A DNA stretch of 57,493 nt from Gracilinanus agilis. Its lineage: Eukaryota. Location: assembly GCF_016433145.1 (NCBI RefSeq), contig NC_058131.1, positions 285,926,988-285,984,480 on the forward strand, in the 5' to 3' direction. This document shows, one piece after another, positions 51,851-57,493 of the stretch. Position 1 is the first letter of the stretch, and every line of letters begins with the position of its first letter. A program made the position numbers and the translations under genes. A model generated the notes under the pieces. That model was given only the letters and a program-made list of their open reading frames with translations, ran no database searches and was not told the DNA's origin.

Positions 51851-53431
51851 TGTTGCATACACAGTCAGTGCTTTCTACAGAATTTTGCCTCTTCAACAAT
51901 TATCCTGGCCTTTCTAAAGCTATTGTAAGAGGCAAGGCCTTTGAACATTCTATCCCTTCTCTGCACTTAGTATTCAAATGTAGGATTTCTTTTTCTTCGT
52001 TTCTGTTTTTCAAAAGACAAAATCCAGTGGGAGGCTACTCTTCCTTCAGGTCCACAGTTATAATACAAAAATATTCTTGAATCTTGACATACTATTGGGG
52101 ATGGCAATAAAACATCTTGTAGTAATTTCCACCTAATTTAGATACATTCCTATAGAGCAAGTTGTAGGAGCGCTAGACTAGATATAATAGCTATAGACCA
52201 ACAGATGAATAACTATATGTATATAGATAACATGAGTATCTATACCTACATACACATATCACACATATCTACATCTAACCATAGAATAATTCTTTATAGA
52301 TGAGAAAGGAGGAATCTTGAGTTCTAATTTCTCTTTCGCAACTTATTGTATGACCATGGGAATGTCTTCTACTGTTTCTGGTTCTTTGGTCACCACATCT
52401 ATAAAATGGGGATAGTAATACAGAACCATCTGGTACTGGGTAATCATATAATCCTCAGAGATCTCTCCCAAAGTCCCAAAGCAGGGATTTCCTTAATTGC
52501 TGAGCTTCTTTCTCCTTAGGGGAAGCCAGGTTAGCCCTAGTGATCTTTGGGGTGAGACTAGCTGGGCCTTGGGGGGAGTGGGGTAGAGGGCCTGTGGTAG
52601 CACCTTCTCTGACTGCCCAAGCCTTGGGGCACTGGTCGCCATGTTTGCTCTCATGCAGCTTGGGCCTACGCTACTCTTTCTCCTCCTAACTGCCCATCTT
52701 ACCTTGGGAGAAAAGGGAGCATATTACGTTTCAGAACAGGAGTTCTTGTTCAGTGGTGTTTGACTCTTCTTGACATCGTTTGGGGTTTTCTTATTGAAAG
52801 CCCCAGGAGTGGTTTGCCATTTCCTTCTTTAGCTCATTTTACAGATGAGGAAATGGAGACTAACAGGGGTAAGTGACTTTCCCAAGTCACCCAGCTAGTA
52901 AGTGTCTGAGGCTGGACTGGAACTCAGGCGGTCCTGACTTCAGGCCTGGTGCTCTCTCCCCCTCACTTCAGGAGCTCTACCCACCTAGGAGTCTCTCCAG
53001 GGCTCTGTAGGCTTCTTGCCAGGCTTCTTTTAAATGAATGGTGACAGGATATTGGTTTGGGATCAAAGTGACCTTTAAGCATCCTGAAGAGTGTCTTTTT
53101 GGTATCTGCCCAGAGAGAGGATTGTCAAAGGCAACAACAGCCTTGGGAGGTCAAGAGTTGTTCTTCCAGGGAGATGGCAAGATTTGTGTTTCTTTTGCAG
53201 CAGGGATTAAAGTCCGGTGAATTATAAACAGTGAGACTTCCTTTGGGATTAGGGAAAAGAGCAAATAAACAAGTGTTTTGGGTAGGTTTGAGGGGGCTTT
53301 GGGCGGTGTGTGGAGTCGATTTGGCCACTTCACCCAGCTGAAGCCAACTTCCCCCAGGAGGCCCAGGCTATGGCTGCCTCTTCTTGTGTCTCCGGAGAGG
53401 GGGAATACAACATAAATCAAAATCCAAAAGG

Positions 53432-53640
53432 GGCAGCTGGGTAGCTCAGTGGATTGAGAGCCAGGCCTAGAGACAGGACCCTAGGTTCAAATCCGGCCTC
53501 AGACACTTCCCAGCTGTGTGACCCTGGGCAAGTCACTTGACCCCCATTGCCTACCCTTACCAATCTTCCACCTATAAGTCAATACACAAGAAGTAAAGGG
53601 TTTAAAATAAAAAAAAACAAAAACAACAACAACAAAAAAA
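53432..53640 (+). mobile_element. Young SINE1_Mdo-like SINE with A/AAC tail
   Basis: ggggcagctgggtagctcagtggattgagagccaggcc..., near consensus. Confidence 0.9.
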
Positions 53641-54211
53641 CCCAAAGACCCCCACCCCGCTCTTGGGGGAATGCAGTCCACTTAACTGTGGCTTTTAATA
53701 CAGCATTCTTGGGTCTCTGCACCACCACTGGCCTTGTCATTTGTGTCAGGAGAGAAGAGGGAAAGGATGTCAAATAAGGGCTGCTCCCAACTTGGCCTCA
53801 CTGGCCATTTAGTCTGCTGTGCCCACTCCTTGACAAAAGAAACAAACTCTGTTGTTACCCCCCCCCCCCAGCTCCTCTCTCTCTCCTCCTTTTTGCCTCC
53901 CCCACTTCAGATTCCCTATGCCTCCTGAAGCCTAAGCAGATGATATGGAGAAGGCAGTTTAGGCCAAAGATGAATCATAATGGTGGAATTTCAGGCACCG
54001 TGGCACCTGGGTGAGGGAAGCCTATGAAGCCTCTCCTTAAATGGAGCCATACAGTGTGTGACTACTCTTTTTTTCTACCTGTTCTCTAGGTGGAGAACAG
54101 TCTTTCTGGTGGTAGTGCCAACTTTACTTCGGCCTCCTGTTTCTTCCTGGGGAGATGGCTCAGTCCAAACAAAGTGGACAAGCAGCTATCTGAAGGGAGC
54201 TATCTGGGAGA

Positions 54212-54314
54212 ATGGAACAACACAGTCAGGTACTCCCCATGCTCAGGGGGAAAAGAGAGGCAGAGCCTGTGAATACCAAGAGGAGGATTAGCTACTCTCA
54301 GTTGGACGGTTCAG
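54212..54314 (+). CDS. RGS3: RGS3 first coding exon of a long C2-domain isoform (exon 54090-54314 including 5' leader); gene continues beyond the window
   Basis: MEQHSQVLPMLRGKREAEPVNTKRRISYSQLDGSG aligns without gaps (35 aa) to remembered human MEWLSPDIALPRRDEWTQTSPARKRITHAKVQGAG, which precedes the C2 domain; strong acceptor ttctctag| and donor CAG|gtaagt; syntenic after C9orf43. Confidence 0.75.
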
Positions 54315-54411
54315 GTAAGTTTACGTCTTGTTGCCCGTGCCCATGATGGGGGAGGATGAGACTTGTGCAGTTGCCACTTGAAGTTTGCTTTTTACTCTAG
54401 CTGAAGCCCTA

Positions 54412-54615
54412 TTTTTTTTAAACCCTTACCTCCATCTTAAAATTAATACTAAGTATGGGTTCCAAGGCAGAAGAGTGGTAAGGGCTGGGCAAGGGGCATT
54501 AAGTGACTTGCCCAGGGTCACACACAGGTAGGAAGTATGTGGGGTCAGATTTGAACCCAGGACCTCCTGTCTCCAGACTTGGCTGTCTATCCATTGAACC
54601 ACCTTGCTGCCCACC
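54412..54615 (-). mobile_element. SINE1_Mdo-like SINE
   Basis: Consensus match. Confidence 0.85.
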
Positions 54616-54979
54616 TGAAGGCTTATTACCACAAAGCGTACCTGAGAGTGTTTACTCAGGATAATTTGCATCTTATGCATATTTTAAGCACTTAAATTTC
54701 ATTGAAAGAGCCAAAGAAATGACATTCCATAACATGTGCTCTTTCTCTGTTAATCTTATGCCCATACTAGCTGTTGCCATATCAGGTGGGGGTCCAGCCC
54801 AGCCCAAGTGGGCCAATCAAAATTCCCATTGTTGTCCTCTTCTAATGGTCGGTGGGATGGACCAAGATCTGGGCATCATGAGTGAATGAATTAAAATACA
54901 TTTATGGAGCATTTGCCAAGTACCAGGGACAGGAAAAGAGAAAGGGAGATGGCAGCCCTAGGGTTTAGGAAGGACCTCG

Positions 54980-55250
54980 ATTGATTGCTAAGCTGGAGAT
55001 TGACCAGAAAAGGACAACAAGGATGGTGAAGGACCTTCACTCTGAGTCGGGAAAGATTGGTTCAAAGAACTGGACATGCTTAGCCTGGGCTGGAGAAGAT
55101 GTGGGGGACATGATCTCCATCTTTAAGTATTTGAAAGGCTGGGATGTGGAAGAAGAGGAATTAGTTTTGTCCTTTTTGGCTTAAGTGGGCAGAAACAGAA
55201 GCAAGGAGCAAAAACTGTAAAGACAATTAGAGCTCTGCAGAAGTGGAATA
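54980..55250 (+). mobile_element. CR1/L3 fragment
   Basis: AKLEIDQKRTTRMVKDL...GDMISIFKYLKG is the CR1 ORF2 end motif. Confidence 0.8.
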
Positions 55251-56846
55251 TCCTCAGTCTTGTTAAAGAAGATTTCTTGGATTTTGACTTAAAGTCTGGA
55301 AGACTCTGAATTCAAATCCTGCCACAGGTATGGTCCTTAAGTGCCTCAGTTTTCTCAACTATAAAATGGAGATAATAATAGCATCTATTTCACAGGGTTG
55401 TTGTGAGGAGTAAGTGAACTAATATGAGTAAAGTGCTGTGCAAATCTTAAAGCACTATATAGACACTGTATAATTATTAATCTCCATATAATTTAGGTAC
55501 TTTCCTACAGAATGTAGTGGGAGGAGCACTGGACTAGAAATAATGACTATAGATGGATAATATATGTATTTTATAGACACTAACTATAAAATAATTCTTA
55601 CAGACAAGGAAACAGAGCTCTTGGGTTCTAGCTTCTTTTCTACTTAACTAATTGTGTGGACATGGGAATATCATCTCTTTGATCTTGTTTCCTCTTTAAA
55701 TGAGGATAGCAATACATGAAACATCTGGTAGTAGATAGCTAGATCAGTTGATTCCTGGATATCCCTTCTAGAATATAGGATTTGTTGTTGTTGCTTCATT
55801 TATGTCCAACTCTTTGTGCCCCGATTTGGGGTTTTCTTGGCAAAGATACAGGAGTAGCTTGCCATTTCCTTTTCCAACTCGTCTAACAGATGAAAAAACC
55901 GAGGCAAACAGGGTTAAGTGACTTGCCTAAGATCACAAAGACAGGAAATGTCTGAGGTCAGATTTGAACTGAGGAAGATGAGTCTTCCAGACTCCAGACC
56001 TGGCACTCTCTCCACCGTACCATCTCGCTACACAAATATATATTTGCCAAGATGTAACGAAATTACCTAATTTCTGCTTCTTTCCTTTTGGAGGAAAGGC
56101 TGGTGATCTCTGGCTTTTATTCTGTCTGGTGCCATGTTGGGCTTATTTGGTTTTGAAAACAGACTGCTTCGAGAGATGGTGGATTTCCCCCTTCTTGTTG
56201 GTCTTCAAATAGAGGCTGTACAGTTGCTAGTCAGGCACTTTCTAGTAGGGATGCTGATGGGGTATGTTTTGGGCTAGATGGTGACAGAGAGCCCTTCCGA
56301 CTCTAGACTCTGTAATTCTGGGTCTCAGTTGTCCTGCTGCCCAGGGTTTTTCATGAGAGGAACTTCTTGGACTCATCTCAAAGGAGAAGCATTTGCCAGT
56401 GACATCCAGGGAGCAGGATGCCCAGCTCCTCAGAAGGCAAGCCTTTTTTTTTTTTTTTTTTTTGGTAGCAGTCTCTAATAATTTGAAGTTTGATGATCAG
56501 ATGTTACAGTGTGAGATTGCTCCCTGGAGTTCAGGTAGCTTGGCAGTTTATTCACTAAAGGCCATAACTGTCTCAGCTTAGTTTCTTCACTCCCAGGAAT
56601 TGAGGAAATTCCTTTACTTTAGTTCCGAGTCTTTGATGTCAGCTCTTTGGCATACCTGCTAAAGGGAGCCCTGGGGATTTAGAAACCCCTCTCATATTCT
56701 AAAGAGAGCTACTCTTTACTACCTTTTTTTTTTTTTTACAAGAATTTGTCAAAATGGGAACAGATGAGGTCAAAGAGGGTCAATGTGCATTGTGAGAGTT
56801 CCTTAAACCCAGACTTGACCACACTGTTCCATAAACCCAACTTTTA

Positions 56847-57057
56847 TTTATTTAAAAAAAAAACCTTACCTTCTGTCTTTTGGTTCCAAGGCAGAAAAGC
56901 AGTAAGGGCTAGGCAATGAGGGTTAAGTGACTTGCTCAGGGTTACACAGCCCGGGAAGTATCTGAATTTGAACCCAGAAAATTCAGAATTTGAATCCAGA
57001 ACCTCCCATCTCTAGGCCTGGCTCTCAATCCATTGAGCCATCCAGCTGCTCCCCTTC
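56847..57057 (-). mobile_element. SINE1_Mdo-like SINE with 13-bp TSD
   Basis: aacccaactttta at 56834-56846 and 57058-57070; short internal duplication gaatttgaa(c/t)ccagaa. Confidence 0.88.
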
Positions 57058-57451
57058 AACCCAACTTTTAGAAAAATTTAGTTTTTCTTCATCTTTCCTT
57101 CTTCATGTTAAGAATAATTCCATGTCCGAGCTTCAGAGAACATCATAACCATTAGTGAATTGTTCACCATTTAGCAGAGGTGTGTAGTTTCCTTAGTATG
57201 TGTTTGGCTTTAACAGGGAGGAAGGAATGAACGTCTTGAGGAAAGATTCTGAGCAATCTCACTGTGGCCACTTTTTAAAATTGACATGCCCAGTCCCCTT
57301 GACGCAGGAGGGAGAGCAGGGAGAGGAGAGTTAGCTGTAAAGCTGTGCCAGCCCCTGGGGGTGTGGTCTCTTCACAGGTGCTGCGGTCTGAACAGGTGCC
57401 TTGTGGGGAGGGAGCAGCGTTTGGGCCGTTGGGAGGAGAGGAACTACATGA

Positions 57452-57493
57452 CTCCTCCTCCTCCTCCTCCTCCTTCTCCTCCTCCTCCTCCTC
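57452..57493. repeat. (CCT)n microsatellite running off the window end
   Basis: Direct reading. Confidence 0.9.

Noticed and set aside
56471-56534. Exon-like segment after a poly(T) tract in the RGS3 intron
   Set aside because: Peptide does not match the expected QLRLSIDAQ start of the C2 domain; the tract is a simple homopolymer.

Overview
Marsupial genomic DNA, most likely opossum (Monodelphis-type tRNA/CORE SINEs, Mar1, marsupial L1 and RTE). It carries the conserved mammalian block ALAD(-), POLE3(-), C9orf43(+), RGS3(+). ALAD is complete: 11 coding exons, 993 nt, 330 aa, with a non-coding first exon in a CpG island. POLE3 is complete: 4 coding exons, 441 nt, 146 aa. A C9orf43 orthologue lies head-to-head with POLE3; I resolved 10 coding exons, and splice phase requires one more small exon that I could not place. 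The first coding exon of a long C2-domain RGS3 isoform lies near the right end. The rest is mostly SINEs, L1/RTE/CR1 fragments, two solo LTRs and several hAT MITEs. I found no convincing new biological system. The best leads are: a candidate erythroid ALAD promoter/exon 1B, stop-free in-frame short introns in both POLE3 and C9orf43, uORFs on the RGS3 leader, an OC1-like hAT element, an old local duplication bracketing the RGS3 exon, and an unexplained near-open frame at 7.4-8.6 kb. All homology calls come from manual translation and remembered sequences, not database searches.
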